Shown here: positions 37,514-47,082 of the stretch, piece after piece
Layout: each line of letters opens with the position of its first letter
Numbering within the stretch: the first letter of the stretch is position 1
Assembly: GCA_965248445.1 (NCBI GenBank)
Contig: CBDFJG010000004.1
Location: 1,408,001-1,472,000 of the forward strand
Direction: 5' to 3'
Length of the DNA stretch: 64,000 bases
From: Planctomycetota bacterium
Lineage (GTDB): Bacteria; Planctomycetota; JAJSAM01; JAJVHW01
Program-made: the position numbers and the translations under genes
The notes under the pieces: model-generated
The model's input: the letters and a program-made list of their open reading frames with translations, nothing else
Told to the model about the DNA's origin: nothing
The model's database searches: none

Positions 37514-38285
37514 CTACTTGATCGTGTAGCTGCGCAGGCTGGCGGCCTTGTGGAAGCCGACCTTGCGCGCGAGCATCTCGCCGGCGCCGTCGCGGTTCGG
37601 GACGATGGCGCAGGCGAGGCGACCCTGGCCGTGGTGGGCCTTGACCAGGCGGCGCATGCAGGCGGTGGCGTAGCCCTGTCGACGGCTCTCGTCCTTTGTC
37701 GCTACGACCAGGCGTGCGTGATTGACCGACGTGTCAGCCGTCAGCGCGGCGCAGACGACTTCGTCGTTGATCACGATGCCGTAGCCGCCGCCGGCCATCA
37801 GCAGTTCGTTCACGGACTCGTAGGTGCGCAGAAGGCCCGGGATGCCGAGCGCCACGACGGAGTCGGCGTCGGCCAGACGCAGACGGCGGAGTCCCTCGAC
37901 GCGATCCATCTCCGGCGTGTCCTCGATGTCGGAGAACCAGACGACGGAGTGGCTGTCGGCCGACACACCGGCGTGGTGCTCCTCGAAGAGGGGCGCGAGC
38001 TCATCGCTGCAGAGCACCTCGACGGGCCCCGTGAGCGCGGCGAGGTACGTCGCGAGCGGGCCGTTCTCGACGTGACCGAACGCCCAGATCTGGTCCGGTA
38101 CTCCGGGCTCGCTCGGGACGCGAATCGCCACGGCGCCCGGCGCGCTCGGCGAGTCCACGTCGACAGTGCCGCACCTTGCGCTCCAGGGCGTGGAGCGGCG
38201 TGGTCGTCCACGGCGTGTCCGGCATGAACGGCCGCAGCGCGGGGAGCTGCTCCGTCTCGAGGGTCTTGAGAGTTGCTTCGCTCAT
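37514..38285 (-). pseudogene. GNAT-family acetyltransferase, apparent +1 frameshift near 38174-38177
   Basis: MSEATLKTL...ALERK in one frame continues as CGTVDVDSP...; C-terminal RRQGYAT...N....LARKVGF. Confidence 0.72.
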
Positions 38286-38289
38286 GGTT

Positions 38290-41200
38290 TCAGTCCTGAC
38301 TGGCGGGAGACCCCGCCTCATTCCGATCGGGGCCTACGCCGCTGCGCTTGAGGATGAAGTCGAGGGCAGCCACGGTGTGCTCGTCGATGTAGACGTTGTC
38401 GTCCCGGCCGTGGCGGCGGGGCCGGGCGCTGCGTTCGGCGAACGCTGCCAGGGTCGCCGGGAGCTCCTCCGCGGCCTCTCGGCTCCGATCCGGGTCGTCC
38501 CAGGCGTCGAACGTGTCGTCGGCGTCCAGGATGACCTCGGTGGTGGTCCCCTCTTGCAGAGCTGCGACGCGGGTGTCGCCCAGCGCGGAGATGACCACGC
38601 TGTGAACGTCATCGATGTCGAACGGTCGTGTCAGCACCCGGTCGATGCCGGCGTGACGCGCCGGCGTGTCGTCGATGCCGTGACCCGGCTCGGCGAGCAG
38701 CACGATCCGGAGAGCCGGCCGGCTGCGACGGGCGAGCCGGCAGAGTTGCCAGCCGCTGTCGCGCCCGAGCGCGAGCTCCGTGATCAGTACGTTCAGCGAG
38801 TTGTTCGTCGTCGTGCCGAGGATCTTCGCCGCCTCCCCGTACGTGCCCACTCCGATCAACTCGACGCCGCGGCTCTCGAGGCCGCACCGCAGACGCTCCG
38901 CAATCCGTCCGTGCGCCGACACGTGCAGGATGCGCGGCGACGGTGGGAGCGCCGCGGAGCCGACGGTGTCCCCGGTCGAGTCGCTGCGCGCGTTGTATGC
39001 CGGCAGCACGATCGTGAACGTGGTGCCGTCCTTCGACGTCCGGACGTCGATGCGGCCGTCGTGCGCGCGCACGATGCCGTAGCAGATCGACAGCCCCAGA
39101 CCTGAACTCGGCCCGGCGGGCTTCGTGGAGAAGAACGGGTCGAAGATCTTGTCGCGCACTTCGGGGTCGATCCCCGTGCCGGTGTCGGTGACCCGCAGGC
39201 CGACCGAGTCCTCGCCGCGGTCGAACGACTCGACGGTGACGGTGCCACCGAGCGGCATCGCGTCGAGCGCGTTGAGCACCAGATTGAGCATCGTCTCGCG
39301 CAGTTCCGACGGGTTGCCGTGGATCTCGCGGCGGGCGTTCTTGCGGCCGACCACGGTGATCGAGATCCCGTGCTCCTGCTCGATCTCGTCGACGCGCTGT
39401 TTCACGAACGCCACGACGTCCTTCACGATCGCGTTGGCGTCCACCGCCTCGGACTCGAGCAGGCCCGAGCGGGGCCGCGTGAACTCGCGGATGCGGCGCA
39501 CGGTCTCCGTGCCGTCGAGCGCCGCGCGCTCGATGACCCGCGCCGCCTCCGCCGCTTCGCCCGTGAGGCCTTCCATGAGGAGGAACTGGGCGTTGCCGAG
39601 GATCGCAGCGAGCACGTTGTTGAAGTCGTGCGCCACGCCGCCGGCCATCTCGCCGAGCGCGCGGAGCTTCTCCGAGCGCGCCGTCTCTCGCTGCGCCTCC
39701 GTGCGCTTGGTGACATCGGTCACCACGCCGCATGCGCCGATGACCCGGCCCTCCTCGTCCATGAGCGGCATGGCCGAGACGATCGTGCGCGCCTTGCGGC
39801 CGTCGGAAACGATCCACGAGACCTCGTAGCGGCCGTTCTCCCCCGCGTGCCGCAGCGCCAGTTCACGCCGGTAGATCGCGATGGAATCGGCCGTGAGCAT
39901 CTCGGGGATGGTGCGGCCGATCACGTCGTCCAGCGATCGCTTGAGCAGGGATGCAAAACGATCGTTGGCGAACGAAATCCGGTCCTCGGAGTCGGTGATC
40001 ACGAATCCCTCGGTCATCGACTGGATGAGCACGGCGATCCGCCGCTGGCTCTCCTGCAGCCGCGCGAGAGTCGACTGGAGCCGTACACGCGACGTGTTGA
40101 GTGCGATTGCCACCGACGCGATCTCGTCTTGCCCGCGCACAGGGATGTGCTTCGACAGATCACCGCTCGCCATCGCAACTGCGGAGTCCTGCAGCGGCGC
40201 GAGGCGTTTTTGAAGCCAGGCTGCGAAGCGCACACCGGCAAACACGGCCATACCACCAAACAGCACGGAGAGCACGAGCATCGCGGCGCCGATCCGCTCG
40301 GCAACGTCGCGGCTCCTGCGCGACGCGTCGAAGGCAGTGTCCACGGCGGTGTATCGCGGCAGAGCCGACACGACGCACCAATCGGAGTTCGGGACGCTGC
40401 ACGCGGCGGAGACCGCCTGCTCGCTCATGAGCGTCATGCCGTTCTCGCTCGCCGGCAGACGGTCCGAGTCCCCGAGCAGCTGAGTCAGCTCGTCGTCGAG
40501 CCGGAGAGCGCGGTTGTCCGTGTCCGGCGCGATTCCGAGCGCGTCGAACGCGGCCTGCGGCACGTGCAGCGGCGTGCGGTCGCGCGCGAGCAGAAGCGTC
40601 GCTGCATGCGGTCGGATTCCACCGCCGGCCTCGAGGACTTCCGCGATCTCGTCGAAGTCGAGCACGACGCGGACCCATGCGTATTCGCTCCCGGCCGCAT
40701 CGGTGATCGCGGTCTGGTACGAAATCGCACGTCCACTCGTCGTCTCGTACGGGCCGTGCCAGCCGTCCGTCGCGGCCGCCTCAACGCGGGACATTTCGAT
40801 CGGCATGGCTCGGAGGAGATCCGACGCCGCGCTCTCGTACCGTCCGGGCGAGGACGGGGGCTCGGCGAGGAGGACGCCTTCGCCCTCGATCCACACGGAC
40901 ACGCTCTGGATCGGGGTGTCGCCGCGGGTGACGACCCGCACGACGTCGCCCAGGTCGGCGGCACGCTCGCAGAGCGAAGCCAGGTGCGCGTCGTCCGTGG
41001 TGGACGCCCGCGCGGCAGCGGTGACGGCGGGAACGCCGGCCTCGATGAAGGCGACGTCACGCTCCTCGAACACGATTCGCTCGACACTGCGGTCCCCGGC
41101 GTCCAACGGTCCCGGCCCGCGACGGCGCACGACGTCGGCGACGGCCGCGGCGGCGAGCTCGACGCGTTCGCGGCGTTCGGCGGCCGCGCGTGCGGCGTGC

Positions 41201-41400
41201 CGCGCCTCGAGCAGTGTGTGGCGGCGCAGCCACGAGAGCGAGTGATCGCGGGTTTCGCGCTGAATGGTGGTGTCGAGTTGCTGCGTCCCGACGAGTGTCA
41301 GCCCGACTCCCGCCGCGAGCATCAGCAGCGCGCACGCCAACGTCACCCAGAGGACCGGCCTCCGGATGCTGTGTCGGTTGTCGTGGCGCGTCCTGAACAC
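38290..41400 (-). CDS. Hybrid sensor histidine kinase (periplasmic sensor, HAMP, PAS, HisKA, HATPase, degenerate receiver)
   Basis: GVAHDFNN, NLVLNALDAM, DTGTGI, FDPFFSTK, GLGLS. Confidence 0.93.
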   Translation of the reverse strand: MFRTRHDNRHSIRRPVLWVTLACALLMLAAGVGLTLVGTQQLDTTIQRETRDHSLSWLRRHTLLEARHAARAAAERRERVELAAAAVADVVRRRGPGPLDAGDRSVERIVFEERDVAFIEAGVPAVTAAARASTTDDAHLASLCERAADLGDVVRVVTRGDTPIQSVSVWIEGEGVLLAEPPSSPGRYESAASDLLRAMPIEMSRVEAAATDGWHGPYETTSGRAISYQTAITDAAGSEYAWVRVVLDFDEIAEVLEAGGGIRPHAATLLLARDRTPLHVPQAAFDALGIAPDTDNRALRLDDELTQLLGDSDRLPASENGMTLMSEQAVSAACSVPNSDWCVVSALPRYTAVDTAFDASRRSRDVAERIGAAMLVLSVLFGGMAVFAGVRFAAWLQKRLAPLQDSAVAMASGDLSKHIPVRGQDEIASVAIALNTSRVRLQSTLARLQESQRRIAVLIQSMTEGFVITDSEDRISFANDRFASLLKRSLDDVIGRTIPEMLTADSIAIYRRELALRHAGENGRYEVSWIVSDGRKARTIVSAMPLMDEEGRVIGACGVVTDVTKRTEAQRETARSEKLRALGEMAGGVAHDFNNVLAAILGNAQFLLMEGLTGEAAEAARVIERAALDGTETVRRIREFTRPRSGLLESEAVDANAIVKDVVAFVKQRVDEIEQEHGISITVVGRKNARREIHGNPSELRETMLNLVLNALDAMPLGGTVTVESFDRGEDSVGLRVTDTGTGIDPEVRDKIFDPFFSTKPAGPSSGLGLSICYGIVRAHDGRIDVRTSKDGTTFTIVLPAYNARSDSTGDTVGSAALPPSPRILHVSAHGRIAERLRCGLESRGVELIGVGTYGEAAKILGTTTNNSLNVLITELALGRDSGWQLCRLARRSRPALRIVLLAEPGHGIDDTPARHAGIDRVLTRPFDIDDVHSVVISALGDTRVAALQEGTTTEVILDADDTFDAWDDPDRSREAAEELPATLAAFAERSARPRRHGRDDNVYIDEHTVAALDFILKRSGVGPDRNEAGSPASQD

Positions 41401-41555
41401 GTAGAGAATCCCCCGCGGCCCACCGGCGAGCCACTCCGGTGCGAACAGGGACTCATCGGGCGGCGCCCGCCCGGAACTGGATCACGAGCCTGAGCGAGCG
41501 TGATCCACGGGCCGGATTCGAGCCTGGAACGAGGTCTCGGCGCGGAGTTGGCGCT

Positions 41556-42725
41556 CTAGTCGGCGCCGAGAGCGTTCAGGCCGGTCAGGTCCATTCCCAC
41601 GATCAGCATGTGGATGTCGTGGGTGCCCTCGTACGTGATCACGGATTCGAGGTTGGCCATGTGGCGTCCGCAGACGTACTCGTCGGTGATGCCGCTCGCG
41701 CCCAGGATGTCGCGCGTCGTGCGGGCGCAGTCCAGGGCCATTGCGACGTTGTTGCGCTTGGCCAGCGAGACCTGCACGTGACGCAGCTTGCCTGACTCCT
41801 TCAATCGACCGAGTCGCCAGGCCAGGAGCTGCGCGCGGGTGATCTCCGAGGCCATCGTCACGAGCTTGTTCTGCACCATCTGGAAGCGGCCGATCGGCTT
41901 GCCGTAGATGATCCGGGTCTTGGCGTGCGTGAGTGCTTCGTCGTAGCAAGCCTGTGCCGCGCCCACCGCGCCCCACGCGATGCCGTAGCGCGCGCTGTTC
42001 AAACACAGGAGTGCGCTCTTCAGACCGGTCGTGCCGGGGAGCAGCGCGTCCTCGGGGACGTGGCAGTCGTCGAAGATCAGCTCGCTGGTGATGCTGGCGC
42101 GCAGCGACCACTTCCCGTCGATGTCCGGCGCGGTGAAGCCCTGCGTGCCCTTCTCGACGAGGAATCCGCGGATGCCCTCGGTGGTCTTGGCCCAGACCAG
42201 CGCGACGTCCGCGATGGAGCCGTTGGTGATCCACATCTTGGCGCCGTTCAGCACCCAGCCGTCACTCGTGCGCTTCGCATTCGTGATCATGCCACCCGGG
42301 TCGCTGCCGAAGTCCGGCTCGGTCAGTCCGAAGCAGCCGATCGCGTCGCCAGTCGCGAGCCGGGGCAGCCACTTCTGCTTCTGCTCCTCGGAGCCGAACG
42401 CGTGGATCGGGTACATGACGAGCGACCCCTGCACCGAGCAGAACGAACGCACGCCGCTGTCGCCGCGCTCGAGTTCCTGGCAGATCAGGCCGTACACGAC
42501 GTCACCGAGTCCCGCGCAGCCGTAGCCCTCGAGGCTTGCACCGAGCAGGCCGAGCTCGCCCATCTCGCGCGCCATCTGCCGCGGGAACGTGCCGTCCTTG
42601 AAGTGTTTGGCGATGCCGGGCACGACGCGCTGCTCGACCCAGTCGCGCACCGTGTCGCGGATCATCTGCTCCTCCTCGGTGAGGAGGTCGTCGACGTCGT
42701 AGAGGTCGATCGCGTCGTAGGCCAT
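41556..42725 (-). CDS. Acyl-CoA dehydrogenase (glutaryl-CoA dehydrogenase-like)
   Basis: ELERGDSG.RSF.SVQ, GCFGLTEPDFGSDP, KMWITNG, TYEGTHDIH; GGAG RBS. Confidence 0.9.
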   Translation of the reverse strand: MAYDAIDLYDVDDLLTEEEQMIRDTVRDWVEQRVVPGIAKHFKDGTFPRQMAREMGELGLLGASLEGYGCAGLGDVVYGLICQELERGDSGVRSFCSVQGSLVMYPIHAFGSEEQKQKWLPRLATGDAIGCFGLTEPDFGSDPGGMITNAKRTSDGWVLNGAKMWITNGSIADVALVWAKTTEGIRGFLVEKGTQGFTAPDIDGKWSLRASITSELIFDDCHVPEDALLPGTTGLKSALLCLNSARYGIAWGAVGAAQACYDEALTHAKTRIIYGKPIGRFQMVQNKLVTMASEITRAQLLAWRLGRLKESGKLRHVQVSLAKRNNVAMALDCARTTRDILGASGITDEYVCGRHMANLESVITYEGTHDIHMLIVGMDLTGLNALGAD

Positions 42726-42751
42726 GGGGAGATCTCCTGAGTCGGGTGAGT

Positions 42752-44587
42752 CTACGCGGCGAACTGCAAGCGGTGGAGCGTCGCGTAGATGCCGTCCTGC
42801 TCGACGAGTTCCGCGTGCGTCCCCTGCTCGCGCAGACGGCCGTGATGGAAGACCAGTATCCGGTCTGCCTTGCGGATGGTGGAGAGGCGGTGGGCGATGA
42901 TGAGCGTCGTGCGTCCCTCTTGGAGACGGTCGAGCGCCATCTGGATCAGATGCTCGGTCTCGGAGTCCACGCTGCTCGTGGCCTCGTCGAGGACGAGCAC
43001 CGCCGGGTCCTGGGCGAGCGCCCGCGCCAGCGCCAGGAGCTGTCTCTCCCCGACCGAGAGGCGGCCTCCCCGCTCGCCGACCTGGCTGTCCAGGCCATCC
43101 GGAAGACGCGCGATGCAGCGGTCGGCGCCCACGGCTGTGCACGCGGCCTCGAGCTGCTCCCGCGTCAGCGACGGATCTCCCATGCGGAGGTTCTCGGCGA
43201 TCGTCCCCGCGAACAGGAACACGTCCTGAGGCACGACGATGATGCCCCCGCGCAGCGAACGCAGGTCGTAGCGCCGCGCGTCCTCGCCATCGATCCGCAC
43301 GACGCCCGCATCGACGTCGTAGAGCCGCGTCACGAGGCTCGCTACCGTCGTCTTCCCCGCGCCGGTTGCGCCCACAAGGGCGACGGTTTCGCCCGGCTCG
43401 ACGTGGAAGGTGATGTCCTCGAGCACCGATTGCTCCGGCAGGTAGCCGAACGTCACGTCCTCGAACGCGACCTCTCCGCGCAGCCGGTCGGGGACGAGCG
43501 GATTCTCCGGTGTCTTGAGTTCGGCCTCGCGGTCGAGCAGGCGGAACAGCCGCTCCGCCGAGGCCATCGAGCCCTGCAAAATGTTGAACTTCTCCGCCAC
43601 GTCGCGGATGGGGCGGAAGAAGATCTCGAGGTAGAACAGGAACTGCGTCAGCTCGCCGAACGAGAGCTGGTCGCCGATGATCCGTTTGGCGCCGAACCAG
43701 ATGACGATCGACTTCCCGATCGCCGAGAGGAGCTCGACGAGGGGGAAGAACACCGCGAAGTTCCGCACCGTCGAGAGGTGCGCGTCGGCGAGTTCGCGAT
43801 CCTGCGCGCGGAAACGGCGTCCGCACTTCTCTTCCTGCACGAACGCCTGCACGACCCGGACGCCTGAGACCGACTCCTGGATGGTCGAGTTCACGACCGC
43901 CAGCTTCTCTCGCACCAATCGGAACGCGCGGCGGGACCAGACCCGGAAGAAGTGCGTCGCGATCATCAGCGGAGGCACCACGACAAGCGCAGTCAGTGCA
44001 AGCCGCGCATTGACCGCCGACATCCAGATGACGATGCCCACGAGCAAGAAGATGTCGTGGAATATGGCGTCGAGTCCCGATGTCAGCAGGTCAGAGAGCG
44101 CCTCGACGTCGTTGACCACGCGGGTCACCAGGCGCCCTACGGGGTTGCGGTCGAAGAACCGCAGCGACTGATGCTGGACGTGCCGGAATGCCTGCACGCG
44201 GAGGTCGCGCATGGCCCGCTGGGCCACGCGGTTGATCCAGCGCACCTGGAACACCCGCAACGTTGCGGAGAGCAGCGCGATCGCGGCGATGCCGCCGGAC
44301 CAGAGCGCCACCGTCCCGGCGACCTCCTCCCACGCAGCCATGCCGCGCCCGCTCGAAACGGCCTCGCGGAGCGGCCCGTCGAGCACCTGCTTGAGCAGCT
44401 CGCCCTGCAGAAGATCCAGGAACACGACGATCGTGACGGCCACGATCGACGTGGCGAACAACGAGCGGTACGGCGTGACGTACCCGAGCATGCGGCGCAC
44501 GAGGGAGACGTCGAACGCCTTGCCCGTGACCTGGTCGGCGTCGTGCTGGAACGAGCTGGAGCCGGAGCCGGAGGCGCGGACGCTCAT
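42752..44587 (-). CDS. ABC exporter half-transporter (canonical Walker B)
   Basis: TM domain plus GATGAGKT, LSVGERQ, LDEATS, AHRLST. Confidence 0.94.
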   Translation of the reverse strand: MSVRASGSGSSSFQHDADQVTGKAFDVSLVRRMLGYVTPYRSLFATSIVAVTIVVFLDLLQGELLKQVLDGPLREAVSSGRGMAAWEEVAGTVALWSGGIAAIALLSATLRVFQVRWINRVAQRAMRDLRVQAFRHVQHQSLRFFDRNPVGRLVTRVVNDVEALSDLLTSGLDAIFHDIFLLVGIVIWMSAVNARLALTALVVVPPLMIATHFFRVWSRRAFRLVREKLAVVNSTIQESVSGVRVVQAFVQEEKCGRRFRAQDRELADAHLSTVRNFAVFFPLVELLSAIGKSIVIWFGAKRIIGDQLSFGELTQFLFYLEIFFRPIRDVAEKFNILQGSMASAERLFRLLDREAELKTPENPLVPDRLRGEVAFEDVTFGYLPEQSVLEDITFHVEPGETVALVGATGAGKTTVASLVTRLYDVDAGVVRIDGEDARRYDLRSLRGGIIVVPQDVFLFAGTIAENLRMGDPSLTREQLEAACTAVGADRCIARLPDGLDSQVGERGGRLSVGERQLLALARALAQDPAVLVLDEATSSVDSETEHLIQMALDRLQEGRTTLIIAHRLSTIRKADRILVFHHGRLREQGTHAELVEQDGIYATLHRLQFAA

Positions 44588-46347
44588 GCCGCTTCGAGCC
44601 GCGCTTCGAGCGACTGCCTCTTCGAGAGCCGGGCGTAGAAGCCGCCTCCCGCGACGAGTTCCTCGTGCGTGCCGACGGCGGTTACGCGACCGTTCTCAAG
44701 CACCACGATGCGATCGGCGAGACGCGCCGCCGACACGCGATGCGTCACGAGCATGGTCGTCCGGCCGCGGAGCACCTCGCGCAGGTTGGCGAGGATCTCC
44801 GTCTCCGTCCGCGCATCGACGGCCGAGAGACAGTCGTCGAGGAGGAGCACCGGCGGATCCACGGCCAGCGCCCGCGCGATCGCCGTGCGCTGCCGCTGCC
44901 CGCCGGAGAGGTTGACGCCGCGCTCCCCCAGCAGGCTGTCCAGACCCTGCGGAAGCCGCTCGATCTCGGGGAGCACGCGGGCGCTCGCGGCGGCCGCACG
45001 AATGACCGGTTCGATGGCGTCCGCGCGCTCTGCCGAGTCATCGAACCCGAACGCGAGGTTGCCGCGGATGGTCGTGCTGAACAGGAACGTCTCCTGGGGC
45101 ACGTAGCCGATCGCGGCGCGGAGTTCCGCGAGGCGGAGTCGATCCACGGGCACACCATCGACCAGCACCGTTCCCGCCGGTGAGCCCAGGAGCCGCGGCA
45201 CCAATGACAGGAGTGTGCTCTTCCCGCAGCCGGTCGGCCCCACCACCGCGACGGTCGTTCCCGCCTCGACGTCGAACGTGACGTTCTCGAGGGATGGTGC
45301 GGACGCGCCGTCGTACGTGAACGTCAGATCGCGGAACGCCAAGGCGCCACAGAACGGCTCGATCGTGACGGGTTGCTCGGGATCGCGGATCGCCGGCGGC
45401 TCACCGAGCAAACTCTCCAAGCGCTCGAGCGCGACCGCGCCGCGCTGCCAGATCGAGATGACCCAGCCGAGCGAGATCATCGGCCACATCAGCATCTGTG
45501 CGTACAGGTGGAACGCCAGGAAGTCGCCGAGCAGCAGTTCTCCGCGCGCCATCATCCGCCCGCCGACACCCAGCGTCAGCGCCAGCGCGACGCCCTTCAT
45601 CAGTCCGATGACGGGTCGGAACAGCGCGCGTGTGTCGGCAAGTCGCACGTTCGCGTCGAGCGATCGCTCAGCGCTCTTCGCGAACGCGTCCACCTCTTCG
45701 TTCTCGCGTGCGAACGACTTGACGACGCGCACGCCGGCGAAGCTCTCCTGCGCCTTGGTCGAGAGCGCGGCCTGGCTCTCCTGCACGTCCACCGACGCCG
45801 TGTGGATGCGCGGCGCGAGGAACCGCGTCGCGACGGCGATGCCCGCGAGCGGGATCAGATTGAGCACGGTCAGCAGGGGACTCATCCCCCACATCAGCCA
45901 GAACGCGATCGGCACGAGGATCGCCGTGCTCGCGACGTACATCATCCCCGGGCCGAGACTCATGCGGACCGCCTCGACGTCGGCCGTGAGCCGGCTCATC
46001 ACGTCGCCTGTGTGGTGCCGCGCGAGCCAGGCCGGACTGCGCCGCAGAAGGCTCTCGTAGAGACGGTCGCGCAGGCTCCGCTCGACTTCGCGAGATGTGG
46101 CGACCAGCGTTCGGCGCATGAGGAAGCGGAAGATGCCGCCGAGCCCGGTCAGCGCGAGCGCAGCGAGGGCCCAACCGCCGACGACCTCGAGCGTGCGCCC
46201 TTCGCCCTGGAGCGCGTTCACGGCGTTGCCGAACGCCCGCGGCACGAAGCTCGAGGCAACGACCGACAGCAGGACAGCCAGGAAGCCGACCACGACGATG
46301 GCCCGGTAGGGGCGGAAGAGGGGCAGGACGAGCCTGAGTCGGCGCAT
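44584..46347 (-). CDS. ABC exporter half-transporter (degenerate Walker B), heterodimer partner
   Basis: GPTGCGKS, LSGGQRQ, LDDCLSAVD. Confidence 0.94.
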   Translation of the reverse strand: MRRLRLVLPLFRPYRAIVVVGFLAVLLSVVASSFVPRAFGNAVNALQGEGRTLEVVGGWALAALALTGLGGIFRFLMRRTLVATSREVERSLRDRLYESLLRRSPAWLARHHTGDVMSRLTADVEAVRMSLGPGMMYVASTAILVPIAFWLMWGMSPLLTVLNLIPLAGIAVATRFLAPRIHTASVDVQESQAALSTKAQESFAGVRVVKSFARENEEVDAFAKSAERSLDANVRLADTRALFRPVIGLMKGVALALTLGVGGRMMARGELLLGDFLAFHLYAQMLMWPMISLGWVISIWQRGAVALERLESLLGEPPAIRDPEQPVTIEPFCGALAFRDLTFTYDGASAPSLENVTFDVEAGTTVAVVGPTGCGKSTLLSLVPRLLGSPAGTVLVDGVPVDRLRLAELRAAIGYVPQETFLFSTTIRGNLAFGFDDSAERADAIEPVIRAAAASARVLPEIERLPQGLDSLLGERGVNLSGGQRQRTAIARALAVDPPVLLLDDCLSAVDARTETEILANLREVLRGRTTMLVTHRVSAARLADRIVVLENGRVTAVGTHEELVAGGGFYARLSKRQSLEARLEAA

Positions 46348-46597
46348 GGGAGAGGGGGGAGGCGCGACCGCCTCCTCCGGTTCTTCTACACGTCAGCGCG
46401 TGGGCAGGGCGGCGTCTTCCCGGGGCGGCAGGGGTGAGGGGGCCTAGTCCGGACACACTTCCAAGTGCGCCGGGCGCTCGCGCCCGTGCGAATTCGCTCT
46501 CTCGGGGGCTCCGCGCTGGATCGTCGGTTTCCATCAGAGAGCGTAAACTATTTTTGACAAAGAGTTTACGCTGTCTCGACGCTCGGGCCGCCAAGTC

Positions 46598-46612
46598 TGG
46601 CCCGCCCCTTGC
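46598..46612 (+). promoter_or_regulatory. Putative sigma54 -24/-12 promoter TGGCCCG-CCCC-TTGC
   Basis: GG-N10-GC spacing, one mismatch to TGGCACG-N4-TTGC; AT-rich palindrome upstream. Confidence 0.55.
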
Positions 46613-46772
46613 GCTTGTCCGTGCGACCGGCGGAGGCTACGAGCCGAAGCGGGTCATGACAGGCAGGGCCTGGAACCAGACACGGACAATTAGGAACGTT
46701 TTACGACCCTGATATCCCTGATCTATAGCCCCAACCAACCCCGACCAACTTCAGGTACCTGCCATCGCAATC

Positions 46773-46806
46773 AAGAAGCCCGGCGCGTAAGCGCCGGGCT
46801 TCGTTT
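46773..46806. terminator. Intrinsic terminator, possibly bidirectional
   Basis: GAAGCCCGGCGC-gtaa-GCGCCGGGCTTC flanked by AA and GTTT. Confidence 0.75.
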
Positions 46807-46859
46807 GCTTCCGGCCCCGACGGCCGCGGAGCGTCCGTCGGGGCCGGAAGCAACTCAGA

Positions 46860-46903
46860 TGTCTCCCTCCTACGCGTCCTCCGGACGCTACGGAGGGCTG
46901 CGG
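46860..46903. repeat. REP-like palindrome, copy 1
   Basis: 39/44 identical to 63655-63698; two GTAG motifs on the minus strand. Confidence 0.8.
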
Positions 46904-47082
46904 GCGCACCGGCACCACGGGGCGCTGCGCGCCCCGCCGAACCACTCTGGGGACGCCGCTGGGGGTCGAGCTACTTTCCCGCTGCGAATGCCATTACCTG
47001 TGGCATTCGCCCCCTGTCCGCTGACACGCGGACTCGGGTCGCGGGCGTTCGGTCGCGCCCCTCGGCGGGGCACTCCCATCCC

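Noticed and set aside
42752..46347. Degenerate ABC motifs as pseudogenisation
   Set aside because: One canonical and one degenerate ATP site is normal for heterodimeric exporters
46681..46708. dif/Xer site (minus strand GGGTCGTAAAA-N6-TAATTGTCCGT)
   Set aside because: One arm resembles an XerC site, but the XerD arm is a poor match to TTATGTTAAAT
46931..47070. Retron msr-msd or hammerhead ribozyme
   Set aside because: No reverse transcriptase in the window and no CUGAnGA/GAAA core
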